From assembly GCA_013239625.1 (NCBI GenBank), contig MU054117.1, forward strand, positions 2,478,011-2,542,010: DNA of 64,000 bases. Reading direction: 5' to 3'. Under the pieces are notes generated by a model that saw only the letters and a program-made list of their open reading frames with translations, was not told the DNA's origin and ran no database searches. The stretch comes from Lama guanicoe. Lineage: Eukaryota. The position numbers were made by a program, and so were the translations under genes. This document shows, in pieces, positions 34,771-48,780 of the stretch (position 1 is the first letter of the stretch; each line of letters starts with the position of its first letter).

Positions 34771-36492
34771 GTGTGCTTTCTCAAGCTCCTACTATGTGCT
34801 TAATCAGTGTGGCCCTGGAGGAGTGGATGAGGAGACGCTGGGTCGGTGGCGGGAGGGCCAGTCCTCATTGCAGGGAATATAACTGTGCTGCCGGCAGATT
34901 GTTCAGTGCACGGGTGAGACAGGGAGGCCTCGGCCAAGTGCCTTCACCTCTTTTAGCTTTCGCTTCCTGCTTGCAAAATGAGGATAACAATACCAAGCTC
35001 TCGAGGCTGTTGGAAGGAGCAGTGAGATAACATATGGGAAGCATGTAGCTTAGGGCCTCGTGCGCAGCAGGTGTGCAGTCAGCAATGCCTGTTATTTATA
35101 ACCTCGCCGAGGGGACTAGGCTGATGTGCTCAGAACCAGAGAGGACAGGACTTCTTCTCCCACTAAGGCCCAGGCCTGCGGTGGCGGTCATCCCACGGAC
35201 GACGAGGGCTTGGATCTCCTCTGGGAGCCTTAGCCTAGGCCTCCACGTCCCTCCTGCCCTCTCCTGGCCTGCCTGTCTTGCCTAATCCCCAGCTTCTTTC
35301 CCTAGGAAACCTTGGTCCGGCCAGACTCATCTCCCAGGCCCACTCAGCTCATTCCATCTTTGTCCCTTAGCGCCTACTGTTCCATCTTCATGGAAGGCTC
35401 CTCCCCACTCTCTCCTACCCTCTTTCAACATGCTGCTCATGTCTGAGCTCCTTCTTGGAGTCTTCCCTGGCCGCCCATACCAGAAGAACCCCTTTTCCTT
35501 GGAGAGCCTGTGGCATTTTACATCTTCGTCTCTCCTGGCTTTCCCACCCTGCGTGGGGTGACCCTTCAGTGATGTCCACGAACACCTAGTATGTGTGTCT
35601 TGGTACAAGAGTCTGCCAAGTTCTGATGGTGCAAAAATCAAAACGGTAAGGATCCTTGTCTTCATGAGGCATATAATGCAGTAAAGGGTTAAGAAAGGGC
35701 TTCGGAAAATGACAATTCAAAATATGAGATGAATGGCCTCTAATATGTGGGTTCAAACAGGGGGCTCAGTCAGCCTGATTCCAGAGGAACACTTTATACC
35801 GCAAGAGGTGTTTGATGCGAACTTTGAAGAGCGGCTTGCATGTCGACAGAAGGGAGGAAGGGCGCTGGGAGAGTGTTGGGGTGCATGACTAGTGCAGTTG
35901 GGCCGGTGAGGGGGTTGTGTGGGAGGAACCAGAGAGAGGAAAGGCTGGGCAGGTAGATAGAGACCGTACTGTGGGTGGCTTTGAATGTCCAGCCAAGGAA
36001 CTTCATCCCTCCACCCATCCATTCTTTGAAGAGGAGTTACATGCCTCTCATGTGCTGCCTGCTGGTGCTGGGAGACTGCGGTCAGCCTTGGGGTCCTGGG
36101 AACTTTGCAGGTTTTTGAGTAGGGGTCGCAGAGGCTGGGATAGGCCTAAGCAGGGTGAGTATGGGGTCCGTGAAGAGAGGAGATCATGGTGGGGAGAGTG
36201 GCTGGGCAGCTGAGACATTTTGGAAGCAGGACTGAGGTCATTTGCGGCTTGGCTGGATGGGGGCGGTGAGGCAAGGATGCAGAGGGGACTGGAGGACTGA
36301 GGCAGGGCCACTTGCTGTTTCCAGGGGACATCGTGGTTTCTCCAACTAGATTGGAAGCCCCTCTGGGCATGGATTCTGTCTGTCTCTGTGTTCTCCTTGG
36401 CCCAGCACTCAATGCTGAGAGGCGGGGAGTAGGCTCAGAGTGGATCCTAACGTTCTCTGCCCTGAGGGTGTGTGATGTACCACGTGGTGACT

Positions 36493-36693
36493 GGAGTTAA
36501 CAGTCATGCCCTACTGTGAACTTGAGCATTGCTCAGAGCGTAGATCTTCAAAGTTCCCATCACAAGAGAGATTTTGTGACTCTGGATATTGATGGATGCT
36601 AACTAGCCTTACTGTGGTGATCACTTAATAGTCTATGCAAATATTGTGGAAACTAATAGAATGTTCTATGTCAGTTATATCTCAACAATAAAA
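36493..36693 (+). mobile_element. L1MA9-like 3' terminal fragment
   Basis: GTAGATCTTCAAAGTTCCCATCAC...ACTGTGGTGATCAC...TGTCAGTTATATCTCAA plus A tail. Confidence 0.75.
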
Positions 36694-37664
36694 GGTCCGT
36701 TTTGCCACCCCTTCCCCCCACAAAAAAGAACTGAATCTTGCACCTTCTAGAGTCCTAAACTGCATCCACAGCATGATTTGTACATGGGCCTGGCTTTCTC
36801 TGGAGTCATGTTTCCGCAGAGGGCCAAATGTTTCTTGTATATATCTTCACACCCCAAGTTAACTACCCTTTCAACTGCTGCTGCAGTTTTATCTCTCACT
36901 TGGTGGCCATTTCCCACCAGTTTTTATTACTCCCCACGAGTAACTTTGGATGTGGCAGGGATGGAAGCAACAAGGTGGCCTGTTCCTTTACCTCGGCCTC
37001 AGAGGGTGTGTGAGTCAAACCCGTGTCTCAGTAAAGTTACAGACTTTTATGTATCTTGAAACTTTGTCTCATTTGTGAGTGATCAAATTGCACACATTAA
37101 ATCCTTGGATGCCAAGGGTCTACCCCAGGGGTGGCAGTTGTGTGGCACAGATACTGTTCCTTCTAGAACGGCACACAGCAGACATCACTAATCTATCACA
37201 GCCGTCCTTCCCGCGAGCCAGGGCTGGGGCTCTCTCCTGGTGCTTTAGCACACAGCACCAGCCGAGTGGAACTGGCACAGCAGCTGGAACCCGTGTGCCC
37301 TTTCTGGTCTTTTCCATCTGTTGAATGAATGGGTTCTTGGTGGGAGACTGCAGCCCAAAGAGTGGCCATGGCTGAACCGAGGTCGCCCTGGAATGGCCTC
37401 ACAGTGAAGGGATGACCTAATGTTTTATTTTCCTGCTGGAGCATCCTGGGGTCTTCTCTGATCTGTCAACACCCAAGGTATTCACAGGAAATTCAAAGAA
37501 CGCAGGTCGGTGTCGGTCTGAATCCATTGTGTGGTGGGGCCTCTGAAAATCCATGTGTTATAAACTGTCCAAAGCCAGAGTCTGTCTTGCTCTTTAACTG
37601 TGGCTTGGAGGGGAGAGGATAGATCGGCATGTTGACATTTTCTAGATGTTTCTCCGCCCTAATT

Positions 37665-37751
37665 TTATTTATTTTTTAATGGAGGTACTAAGGATTGAAC
37701 CCGCGACCTGGAGCATGCTTTCACATACTACCACGGCACTATACCCTCCCC
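37665..37751 (-). mobile_element. tRNA-Ala-derived SINE (Vic-1-like), diverged
   Basis: TGGAGGTACTAAGGATTGAACCC...ATACCCTCCCC; flanking repeat ending CCCTAATT. Confidence 0.8.
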
Positions 37752-38326
37752 TCTTCCTCCCTAATTCTGGAGTTTGAATTGATAAGCTCCTTAAACTTGG
37801 CTTTGGGAGCCAGGAGAGACCTCCCCCTCCCCACTGTTTCTGAATGGTGGCTGGCAGTATTCTTAATTTCTTTTAACCACCCTGATTGTAGGGAGGAAGC
37901 CCGGGGAAGCAGGAGAGGCCTGCAGCTTCCTGTTTCCTGCCTCCTCCCAGCAGGCTTGGGAGCCAGGGTGGAGGACCTCCCGCCCGCCATCCAGGAAGGA
38001 CTGTGGGAATCTGGCCAGTCCCACCCGTGTGCTCCTCTATACTGGCTGCTGCAGGGATGCCCCTGGCGCTCCGGGTGGGCGCCCTCTGCCGCGACCCTCG
38101 CCGGGGTCCTCATCTCTGCCCTGCGGGCTCCCAGGGTCTTGCTGATCGCAGCACCTGCGCATGGAGGCCCCTGCGGAGCCTACCTGGGCAGGACTGCCGT
38201 GTGGCGGGGCTGATTCAGGTTCCGGGGTGCTGCTTGCAGACCTGGGCCTTTTATGTCTTACGTGATGTGGGATGTATCCCGGGGCTTCCTCCTGCTGGGT
38301 GATTTGGAAATCTCTTACCTTCCAAG

Positions 38327-38404
38327 AACCTGTGTGTGCTGGTGGGTGTGGTGAGCAGGACGGTGCTGGCTGCTGGCTTTTCTTGCCACGGGATCCCCTT
38401 GTCT
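38327..38404 (+). other. TSPAN9: Candidate non-coding (cassette) exon 2 of TSPAN9
   Basis: Acceptor TCTCTTACCTTCCAAG ending at 38326, donor TCT|GTGAGT at 38405, 78 nt, no ATG. About 6.1 kb after exon 1, similar to the recalled position of the optional human 5'UTR exon. Confidence 0.4.
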
Positions 38405-41400
38405 GTGAGTTCCAGCAGAGCTTGTTGGGTGTCCCAGGGGCGGCCACAGAGCCCTTCTTGTCCTGTCATGCTTTGTACATTATACTCATGTGTCAGTATT
38501 CATATGTGTCATTGTCATCCTTGGCCTCAGTTTCAGACTTCTTACATATTTCCACAACGAATTGAATTTAAATTGTGTTAAATCTTCATTTAAATCTGAT
38601 TTAACTTTCACAACAGTCCTCTGAGGTTGCTATCATTTCTCCCCGGTCACAGTGGCAGGAGCTGAGGTGGAGCGTGGGTCAGAGACTTGCCTAAGACTGC
38701 ATTGTGAGTGCCAGTGGGCGCAAACTTAGGCCGTCTGACTCCCTTCCCACCAGGCCTGCGGCCGCCCTTGTCCTCCTGGGCATCCGCCCCGAGTCCCTCC
38801 TGGAGCTGCAGCTGAGGTGCGGGGCTCCCATTTTAAGTCTTGTCCCCTCCTCCCCAGGGCATGGTGGGGTGTCTGCTTTCAATCTCGCTGCCCTGGGATT
38901 TGGGGCCCCGCCTACAGGCGGACTGGCTGTGCAGCCGGGCACGAGGCCATGCTGAGGGAAACCAGCCTGCTGATGATCAGGTGTCGGGGACAGAAGGACT
39001 CGACGACAAGTGGGTGAGGGTCCTCGTGGCTCCACGCGTCCAGGCTGCTCACGCCTATCCTGCCAGGTCACAGAGCTTCCATGGGGCCTGCCCTGGTGGG
39101 TACCCCTGGGGCAGAACGTGCTGGGGAGCTTCCGGTAGGATGCACAGCCTGGGGCGGGGGACCGATGGCCCTGGCATCACCAGTCGTTTCTAGCCAGATG
39201 ACTGTCCTTCTGCACGTCTGTGTTGAAGGCAGAGTAGGGGAGTCCTGAGAGAAGGCCGTTCCAGACAGGAGGCTTATCCTCTCCTAGGGCTTCGGCCTGA
39301 GAAGGCTTTGGTTTTGCCACTTCTCATCATGCATTTGGGCCTCTGGAACGATGACCAGCTGGCCGGTGGAGGTTCTCATCCTGCCTCATCCTGGTTAGAC
39401 TTTCTTTAGGCGGGTTTCCTTGCCTCCGTTGCTCAGGGGCCTCCTCACTCTGGTAGAGGTGGCTTCTGAGTTGACCAGGGCCCTGCCTAGGTCTTGGCTT
39501 CCAGGCCTGGGGCTTCCCAGAGCCCTCCTCCTCTCCAGGTACCCTCTCTGCCTCTGGCCTAGAGGTGGACGGAGGAGGAAGTTAATGAGTAAACGGGAGC
39601 TCTGATGGCTGATGGGGGCCAGGCCGGGGCGGAGGCTGTTTACAGGGATGGTCGCCTGTCTGCTTAGTGGCCCGTCTTGCTGCCTGACCCGTCCTGTGCT
39701 GGCACCCGTGCTGCCCTTTCATTTGAACTGCCTCCGGCCGCAGACCCACGCATTCTGGAATGAGAGGCTCTGTTGCTGGACTCCAGCCCTACAAGTTAAT
39801 AATTTCAGCTTCAGTTAGAGCGCCGGCGTGGGGAGGTGAGCATACCTGCCTGAGGGAGGCCAGCCTCCACCTGCCCTCCTCTGAACCAGAAACACAGCCC
39901 GAACCCAGCCTGACCCGCTGGGCTCCTGAGGGTGGGCCACCGGAAGGAGCGCCTCTGCGGGCTCACGTGTCAGCACGTGCGCCTCAGTCCCCATGCAGCA
40001 GCCACGTGGAGATGGGTTTTGAAACTCTACTGTTCAACACTGTCTGTGCTTTTGAGTTTACATGCCCCTCCCCTCCTGCCTTCCTTCCCGTTCCCTTTCC
40101 AGTGCCTGGAAATTCATTGTACTTTGAATACTTACTTTGTGAGAGTCTCGTGACCATTTCTACGCCCAATGTCAACATTTATTAAAATATCTGACCCTGT
40201 GATGGAAATTGGAAAGAATGGGGGTGGAGAACCATCCAGGGCGTCTGAAGAGTCAGGCAGCTCAGCTGGCCCCCTGGACCACCCCATGTCGGGGAGGCTT
40301 GGCTGTCCCTGTAGGAGGGCCGGGAGGGTCCTGTGGCCTCCAGTGTAGAAGCTTGGCCTGTTCCTGGTCCTGGCCTTGGCATCACAGGGCCACTGCTAAC
40401 CCTCACAGCACCTTTGTGCAGATTCGAAAGATTGCCTTTCCTCAGGCGAAAAAGAAAAATTAGAGCAAATACATTGTTGTAGAACCCAAACAACATCCCC
40501 CTCTGCCTGGGCCAGCCTTCCCCAGCCGTGTACCTGTGTGGGCACCCAGCACATCCAGTGCTCCACCCTCCCCCAGGGAGGAGAGGGTGTCAGGTTCAGA
40601 GTAGGGAGAGGGCCTCTGAGAGCGGTGGCCAGGCGAGGGGAGTGGTCTCCGGGGGTGCTCCGAGCGAGGTTAGAACAGGGTGTGGCCGTGCACTAGTGTG
40701 TGTGTGTCTGTGAGCGTGTGTGCTTGTCCTAGCATGTTTGCCCAAGTGGGTTTGTGTGGGAGGGAGTTCTGCATTGTTCTGGGTCTCAGCCGAGAGGCCC
40801 ACCTGAGCCCTTTCAGTAGATCTGTGTAGAACTGTGATATGAATGCCCCCTCCTTAGAAGGGGCTGTAAAACTGGAGCCTGGCCACCTGCCCCAGTATGG
40901 TGGCTGAGGCTTAGGGCCCTGATGCTCTCCAGCAAGCCCCGGGGGCGTAGGGGACAGAGGGAGCGGATCCTGCCCTTTAAAATCGTCAGCCCCTACCTGG
41001 GCCTGGGTCTGTAGAGGGAGGGACTTGGGGGAGCAGGGTGGCGGGCTGGGTTGGAATGAGGGGATGTGAACGTATAGAATGATGCGTTTTGTTTTAGGGA
41101 AAGTGCGGTAGAGGTCTGCGCTTGCAATTTTCCATCGCCTAATCCTGGGAGATCCTGAACAGCTTTGTTTAAAAAGTGGACATGCAAACTGCAGAGACCT
41201 GAGTGAGGAAGAGCTGTTGGGTCCCCCAGGAAGGCAGTTAGGTTTGAAGCCAGAGTTTGGATCCAGATGCAGCACGTGGGGACCTGGGGGTGGGGCAGGG
41301 GAGCTCTCAGAGCCTCCCAAGGGCATGAGTCACTCTAGGTTAGCTAGCAGCCAGAGTGGCTCCCGCCTGCTTGCCGCTGAGATGGGCTGGGTGGGGAGGG

Positions 41401-44400
41401 AGCGCCAGTCCAGGGTCTGTGCGCACCGCCCAGGCTGGGGGCAGCAGAGGGTGAGGCGGGGTGGAACTACCTGTCTGGGCTCTGCCCCTCCCCTACCGTG
41501 GACAGAGAAGCTGGAGATGGTGGTGGCCCGTCAGCCTGTGTCCGTCTCCTATGAGGGGCAGTCCGTACTCACAGCGCAGGGAGACTGTACAGGACACCGT
41601 CCCTGAAGGGCGGGGCTGGTTGGGACTTTGTCTGAGGACCTGCAGAGGAACCCAGGGGAGTGGCTGGGCCTTGAGGACTGGGTTGCAGGGGTGGAGGCAA
41701 GCTGGGACCTTGGGGGCGAGATGGGCATGGCCTGGCCATTGGGCTGGAGCAGATAAGCTCAGGGAGGAGGAGGAGCCAGCTAGAGGGGGGCTTGGGGCTC
41801 CTCACTCTGGGACACCTGCAGTACCACCCAGAATGCTGTGCGCATGGAGCTGGAGCCTGGCTGCCTTCTGGAAGCTGCTGGGAGCTCTGCTGCTCGGTAC
41901 CCGCTGCTGACTTTGAGGGCATCTCTGGAGAATGTGCATCAGTGAGTGACAGGTCCTTATGAAAGCCAGCTGCTCACCCGAGACTTGGCCTCTGCTGGGA
42001 ACCCACTCATTCATTCGCCAGCAAACAGCACACCTGCTGTGCTCCAGACTTTCCCCCTGCCCCCTCCTACCTGCAACGGAGGCGCCGGAAGACCCAGCCT
42101 GCGTGATCAGACGCCGCCTCTCAGGCAACTCGCGGTGGACCCAACGTCCTGACTTCCCGAGGGGTATCTGTTTGTATGGTTTCCTTTTCTCAACACCCGC
42201 TGTGCATGGTCGCCCTCCTTTCCTGTGACGTGTCTCTCAGGTGGCAGGGAGGCAGGAGGAAGCAGGCGAGAGCCTGCTCCGGGTCGCTAGGGAACACCAG
42301 CCCCGGTTTAGAGGATGCTGCCATGGATCCGCTGGTGAGGTCCTCCCCGGGGCAACCATCCATCACTTTCCTCCCCCTGGGGATCTCAGGCTGCACTTGA
42401 TGAAGTGCACTTCCCTCTGCACCCGCGTTCCTTCGCCCCTCATCTGCCCGGTGGGCTGTGCATCCATCAAATGAGAACAAAGGCTGAGCAGGCTTTTGAG
42501 GCTGAAAACCCCTTGGTGGTTTGTTTTCTTCCTGCTCAGTCTCAGCAGCTCTTGGAAAAGAAATGTCTCGTGGCTGAAATGTGCACAACCCAGCCTCGTG
42601 GCCACTCTCCTCCTCTGTCGTGGGCGGCAGCTATACTGGGGCAGAAAGGGCCCCGCCCCGGTGCTCAGGGCCTGGTGGGGACCATGGGGGGGGAAGGGAG
42701 CAGCCTCTGCAGCACTCTCGGAGCCACCCTGACCCTTCTCTGGGTGGCGGGGGCGCCAGTGTTGTGCTACTGATGCAGGGTTCGTGATATCAGATCAGCT
42801 CACAGGCTTAGTGTGTCCCAGCGCTCAGAGTGGGGAGCTGACTCTGCAGACCTACGAGGAATCTGGCATCACAAGCAAGACAAGAAACCTCAGCTGCTCC
42901 TTTTGGCCAAGGAATTGGAAAAACTCAGTGGAGTTTGCTACTTTGAGGTGTACGGTAGGGAACCAGTCCATCAGCAGAGACCCAGGAGACCCGTCTCTCC
43001 TCCACCCCCGGTTCTGATTCTCTGTGGCTGTGAGGATGTGCTCACATGGCAGCAAAATCAAGAGGCATCACTTCATCAGCAACCTGACGCTGTAAGTGAG
43101 CACTTGGCCTCTGTAGGGGCCCGAGGTGCTCTGTGTGTGTGAGAGCTGCAGCTGATGCGGGGTCACGTGAGCCCCTGACCTTCCTACCGGGCTTCCAACC
43201 CTTCTCGGTTCCATCCGCTTCTCCCACTCCCCGCCGAGGCTCAGCCCCGCAGCATCCCAGGCGCCCAGGCGTGGGCTCCGAAGGCCAAGTAGGAAAGGAC
43301 GAGATGGCGGGAGGGGCAGCCAGAGCCCCCGGTTGAGGACCTGGAGGAGGAGCCTGCCTGAGCAGCTGGAGCCTCCTGCTTGATAGTCACACCTGGTTTT
43401 GGACAAAACACCACATGAGTGACTGCAGTTTGGTCATCCACTTTGGTCGCTGCTTACCCAAGCGACCCTCGACTGTTTAACACGCCTCGGTGTCCTTGTG
43501 GGGTGCTTGGTGGACCGTGCCTTGGGCTCTGAGCACTGTGCTTCAGGAAGGTGACAGCAACCTGTGTCTGGCATGTGTGTGTAACTTCCCCAGAGGGGCC
43601 GTCTGCGCTGATGGGGAGGTTGGAAATGGGTGCTCCTGCCCCCCCGCTTCCAGGCCCAGGGTGGTGATCTGGTAGAGGCTTCGAGCCCCCCTCCCGACCT
43701 AGACACTGCAGGCTAGAGAAGGTCAGGCGAGGTGACCTCTCCCTCCCCAGGGCTCGGGTGCTGACATTCCCGCTGGAGTCGGAGGACCTGAGTCAGACAC
43801 ATTTTCTTCTCTTCTGGGAATACTTTTGGGGCCGCTGGTCTTTGGGATGTTAATACTGATTGCAGGACCTGCTTATGCTGAAACGGAAAGCCACAGAATA
43901 TCCCCAGTTCTGGGGGACGGCTGGCATCTGGCCTCCCTGGCCCTCACTGTGGCTGGCTCTGGTGCTGTCGTGCCCACGAGTGAGGTGGGGGGCCTGGACC
44001 TCTCTCTGTAGGCTGGGGTGAGGGTGAGCCCCTCCCTGGCTCTGGGGCAAAGGGAAGGGTGGAAGGTGGTTCTTCAGACTGTGGGGCCTTCCTCCTTTGG
44101 AGCCCCACCCCCAAATTGCCAAATTTTAATTTTGCCAAGAAATAAATTTTTATTGCCAAAATACCCTTACAGACATTCATTGGAGGCGTGGTGCAACCTT
44201 AAAGAAACATCTAAGAAGGAATGTCTATTTTGTGATGGTGGTGGTTTTTAATCAGGTATCCTGAACACATTCCTGATTGATGTCAGGAAGAAAAGCATTG
44301 GGTGCCACCAAGTCCTAAGCCTGGTGGTGCAGGGAGCAGACTCCACTGGCCCTGGTGTTTCTCAGCCCCGGGAGCCCCCGCCCACCCCAGGACACTGAGC

Positions 44401-46379
44401 AGCCTTTGTGCGGCCAGAGGACTCAGACCCAGGACCTGTGCAGCCTCCGGGCGATCCTCCTCTGACAGCTCACCTCTGTCTCTGTCTCCTTATTCCTGCC
44501 GAAGAGAAGAGGCCTGGATTTCCCCCTCTACTGGTGCTTTGCCTGTTTCTCATTGCCTTGCACCTCGTGGGCACCCACATCTCTTTTGAATGAATTAATA
44601 CCGCATTGCGATATGAAAAGGAACTTGCCCCTCATCCAGCCCATCTCCCCAGACACTTAGGGCACATGCTTGATTTCAAACCATCCATCTTCACAGTCGC
44701 AGGGGTTTGAGATGTCTTTGGGGAGGAGGCACGACTCAAGCCGGGAGCTTCTTATTAAAGTGTCTGCAGCTCTGGGAGGGAGACTTAACGCTGCCTTTCC
44801 CGAGGAGGTGGAGAGGAAGTTGTGGGGAAGAGGAAGCCACAGCTTGGAAGCTTCACAACGAGGAAACTGAGACTGGTTTCCCCAGGGGCTCCAGGCAGTT
44901 GAGTGGAGGAGGCTGAAGCCAGATTTTCTAGATCCCAGCCCTGGATTCTGTCTCTCTTATCCCCTTCCCACCATCTGCTCCCACCGCCCTCAGCTCACCT
45001 GGGGGTGCCTCAGAGTTCCCCACACCTGTGTGTGAGGTGACCTCGCCGGGCCCAGGGGCAGCTTTGTCAGAAAACACGCACCCCGTGGCCAAATCCCTGG
45101 GGACTTGAGAGAGGCACGCAGGGGGTTATTTTGGGTTCGGTGGGCCGGGCTCAGACCTCTCTGGCATTCCCGGCCGCTGGCCTCTCAGAATTGACCAGAA
45201 TGGAAGGATGATAAAAATCGAGGCTCCAGGAATAGCTCAAGAATTTGCTCATTCTTAACCCCTATAAAGAGGGGCCGCCCAACCCGGAGCCCACAGTGGA
45301 GCTGGGCTGAGGGAGGGCGCCGTGGAGGGGTGCGGGGGGAAGGAAACTTTACAACAATTTCCTCTCCTTCCCCGGGAGGAGGGCAGCCAAGCACAGGGCT
45401 GGCTCTTGGCCAGTCTGATAAGGAGCAGGGTTTAGAGGCCAGAGGAGTGTCCCTCCCACACCAGCCCATCCTTGCCTCTGGGGGTCGTCTGCTGACTCCC
45501 CGGGCCAGACCAGTGTGGCCCTTTCTCTGAATCTGCTCTTTCTCTTTCTTGTCCCCCTCGGACCGAGGGAGGCCTGCTCGGGACGGCTCTGGCCTTGGAT
45601 CTCAGGGAGTCCTCTCTCCCTCCCTTCCCGAATCAGGCCCAGAGTTACTTTTGCTCAGTGCGCATGAGGGGGGCTTGTATGGAGCGCCCACCCTGTGGCA
45701 GGTCAGGAGCTCAGTGAGGCCGGGGCTCTGCCTCTGCCCTGGAGGTGCTGCCGTGAGTTTGCAGAGACGCATGTGTAGATGTGCCCAGACTCCGGATGTC
45801 TTCCAGAGCAGTCCCCTGGGAGTCAGGACGCCTAGCTGGCCCTGGATCAGTCATGTCACTTCTCTGGGCCTTCGTTTTTTTCGTGTGTGAAGGGGCAGGG
45901 CGTGCGATCCCTGAGATCCTTTCCGACTGGAGAGTTACCTGGTTCCCGGAGTCGCAGGGAGAAGACCTTTCTCGGATGGGTAGGATGTTTTTGTTGGCTC
46001 TGTTTTTGGTTCCACATGGGGTCCAGTGGTGGATATCTCAGCTGGGACATCCCCATGGGGACAGGCTGAGGGCTCAGACCTCCCTTCTCATCCCTGGACC
46101 CTCCTTCTTAGGAAAGTGCAGTCTGACTTGAGGTTCCAAAAATCATTTGTTCTTGTTGAGGGTGAGGTGGTCATCCCTTGGCCTACAAGATGAGGTCCAA
46201 GTGGCCAAGGGAGGCATGCAGAGCCTGCTGTGGACCAGAGGAGTGTCCAGCCTCACGGCTCCCCGCTCCCCCGCCACTGTGTCCCTTTTGTCTTTGTGTA
46301 ATACCCTTGTTTTTCAGAGTCCTTGGTGTGGTCTGCCTTGCTTGGAATGCCCCCTCCCATCCTGCATTACGAGAGTGGT

Positions 46380-46735
46380 TTTAGCAAATTTGAAAACTTG
46401 GTCGGCCATCATTTCTTCAAGTATTTTTCTGTTCCCCCCTTCTCTCCTCTTCCTGGAACTGCAGGCGCATGTATGTTAGACTGTTGAACGTTGTCCTGTA
46501 GGTTGCTGTTGCTCCATTAATTTTTTTTTTCAGTCATTTTTTCTTCCTGTGCTTCATCTTGGATAGTTTCTAGTGTTATGTCTTCGGGGACAGTGATCTT
46601 TTCTTCTGCAGTGTCTAACCTGATGTTAATTAGTCCCATCCAGTGTGTTTTTCGTTTCAGATATTGTATTTCTCATCTCTAGAAGTTCCACTTGCTTCTT
46701 TTTATGTCTTTCATTCTCTTCTCATCATGCTTGTC
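46380..46735 (-). mobile_element. Ancient L1M fragment
   Basis: TTGGTCGGCCATCATTTCTTCAAGTATTTTTTCTG...TTTTCTTCTGCAGTGTCTAACCTG. Confidence 0.7.
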
Positions 46736-48204
46736 CGGTGCGCTGCTCCCTTCCTCCTACTCGTGAGCCGGGCACCGTCCCGGCGTGAGCAGTGCTCTGC
46801 AACTGGGGACTCGGGATTCTCCGGTCCTCATACTCTAGGCCGCCAGACAAGTTCGACGTGCGGAAGCCTCAGTTTCCTCCTCTGCAAAATGGGAGGAATA
46901 GCGGCTCCACTGGGGAGCTGTGGGACGGGCTCATCTGCAGGACTGCCTTTTGTGTTTGAGGCTGCTGACTTCCAGAGCAGCTTTCACTGTCCTGAGCAGT
47001 GTGGACGTAGCCTCTTCCTCAGCCAGAGCTCAGAACCCTTTGCAAATGAGAGTCCTTTCTCCCGGGGGAGGAGAGGGGATGTTCTTTGGAAACTGGTGTG
47101 TCTGGAGGGCTGGCGCCTGGCTGCACTCGGGCTCACAGAGTCAGTGCCCCTGGAAAGGGAGCCCCAGGAGAGAAGGCGCAGCACTGTCCGTGCTCAGCCT
47201 GTCCGTCCAGTGTCCTGATGGCGTCTGGCACAAAGTAAGTACTCAGGGGCCCTGGAGGACTGAGTGAAGCATCCCAGCATCCCCGTGGCCGGGGCCGCGC
47301 CGGTGCAGATGTTTCAGCGGGGAGCCGGTGCACCCAGCTGGCTCACTGTTCGGTGGGAAACCTGAGTGTTCTGTCTCCTGGTTTCCTGCTTGTTCTGTTG
47401 GAGGGGTGCCAAGGCAATAATAAAAACAATGCTATAATCACAGCTAATAGCAACGGAGAGCATTCTGTCATGATCTGCAGTGTTTCGGCCTAATTCTTGC
47501 AATGCACTCACTGGAAAGAGGTTTCCTGAGCTCGCTCTTCATTCCCCATGGCTTCCTGCACCAGTTCCCAGCGTCTGCCTTGGAGCACATTTGCCCTTGA
47601 TGTGGAGATAATAGACATACAGTCACTGTGTTTGTCAGCCTTACCTGCGGTAGCTGCTGTCTGCATGCGGCTTTAGGTCAGCTGTTTTATTGGCGATTTT
47701 TGCATTGGTGATCCTTGTATTCTCTAGTGGTCACTGGTATGGGGCGTGCTCGTTTATGCTTCTGCCAGACAGTCACTGGGCACCTGCTGTGCACAAGGGA
47801 TTCCGTGGGGAGCAGCACTGAGTGTGCCCGTCTGTCCCAGGACCTCCAGCCTGACTCAGTTGGTCCCTCAGGGCAGGAACTGTGTGTGTAAATCCCTCTC
47901 TCTGGCCTCCTGTTAGCACTCAGGGCCCCGGCTCTGGGACTGAAAGTTGGCCATGGGTTGCCACTGGAGAAATAGTTTTGGGGTCTTCCATTTCCATAGG
48001 GTGCCCCACTGTGAAAGCACCACAGCACATTCCCAGAAATCGTCATACTGTCATCCCCTCCTGGACAGTGACCTTGAGAAGTGGCTGAAATGAGCAGTTT
48101 TTCCAGAAGGCCCACTCAGATTCACAGGACTGGCAGCCTGCGAATGGTTCTTGGACTCGAGTTTCCCACCCTCTCCTTGGCTTGTGTGTCCTGAGTGTCC
48201 TGAG

Positions 48205-48780
48205 GCTCATTCACCCCACAAATGTTTGAGGGCTCCCCGGGGCCAGTACTGGGGATGCAGAAGTGGAGAAAAATCCCTGACCTCAAGAGCTTATATTTTG
48301 TTGGAGGAGACAGACCCTAAACAGATAATTAAAATCTGTAGTGACAGCTGCTCTGGAGAAGAGTGAAATAGGGAAGCGGGTGTGAGGATGGGGCAGGGGA
48401 CAGTGTTAAGGAAGGCCTGACTGAGGAGGTGACATGTCAGCAAGGAGGGAAGACGGGATGGGTGAGTCCTGTAGGTATCTGGGGGAGGTGCACCCCAGGG
48501 CAGAGGGAACAGGGCATGCAAAGGTCCTGAGGCTGGAGTGTGGGAAGCTCATTGGAGCCAGCATGGCTGGAGGGAAGCCAGCGAGGGAAAAGTCATGGGA
48601 CTTGGACCACACAGAGTCTTGAAGGCCATTCTGAGGGCCGAGGCTTTCACGGTGGATGAGGTGGGTGCCCCTGGAGGGCTTAGGTCAGGGAGAGGCCGAC
48701 CTGCCTTTCCCATCCGGAGGACCGCAATGGTGCTGTGGGAGAGTCGGCTGGGTGTGCCGTGGCAGCAGTGGTAACTGCTG
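48205..48780 (-). mobile_element. L2 3' fragment
   Basis: GGAAGGCCTGACTGAGGAGGTGACAT...CAGAGGGAACAGGGCATGCAAAGGTCCTGAGGC. Confidence 0.75.

Noticed and set aside
45263..45270. TATAAAGA as an internal promoter
   Set aside because: No convincing initiator, CpG island or downstream exon; a single motif is insufficient.
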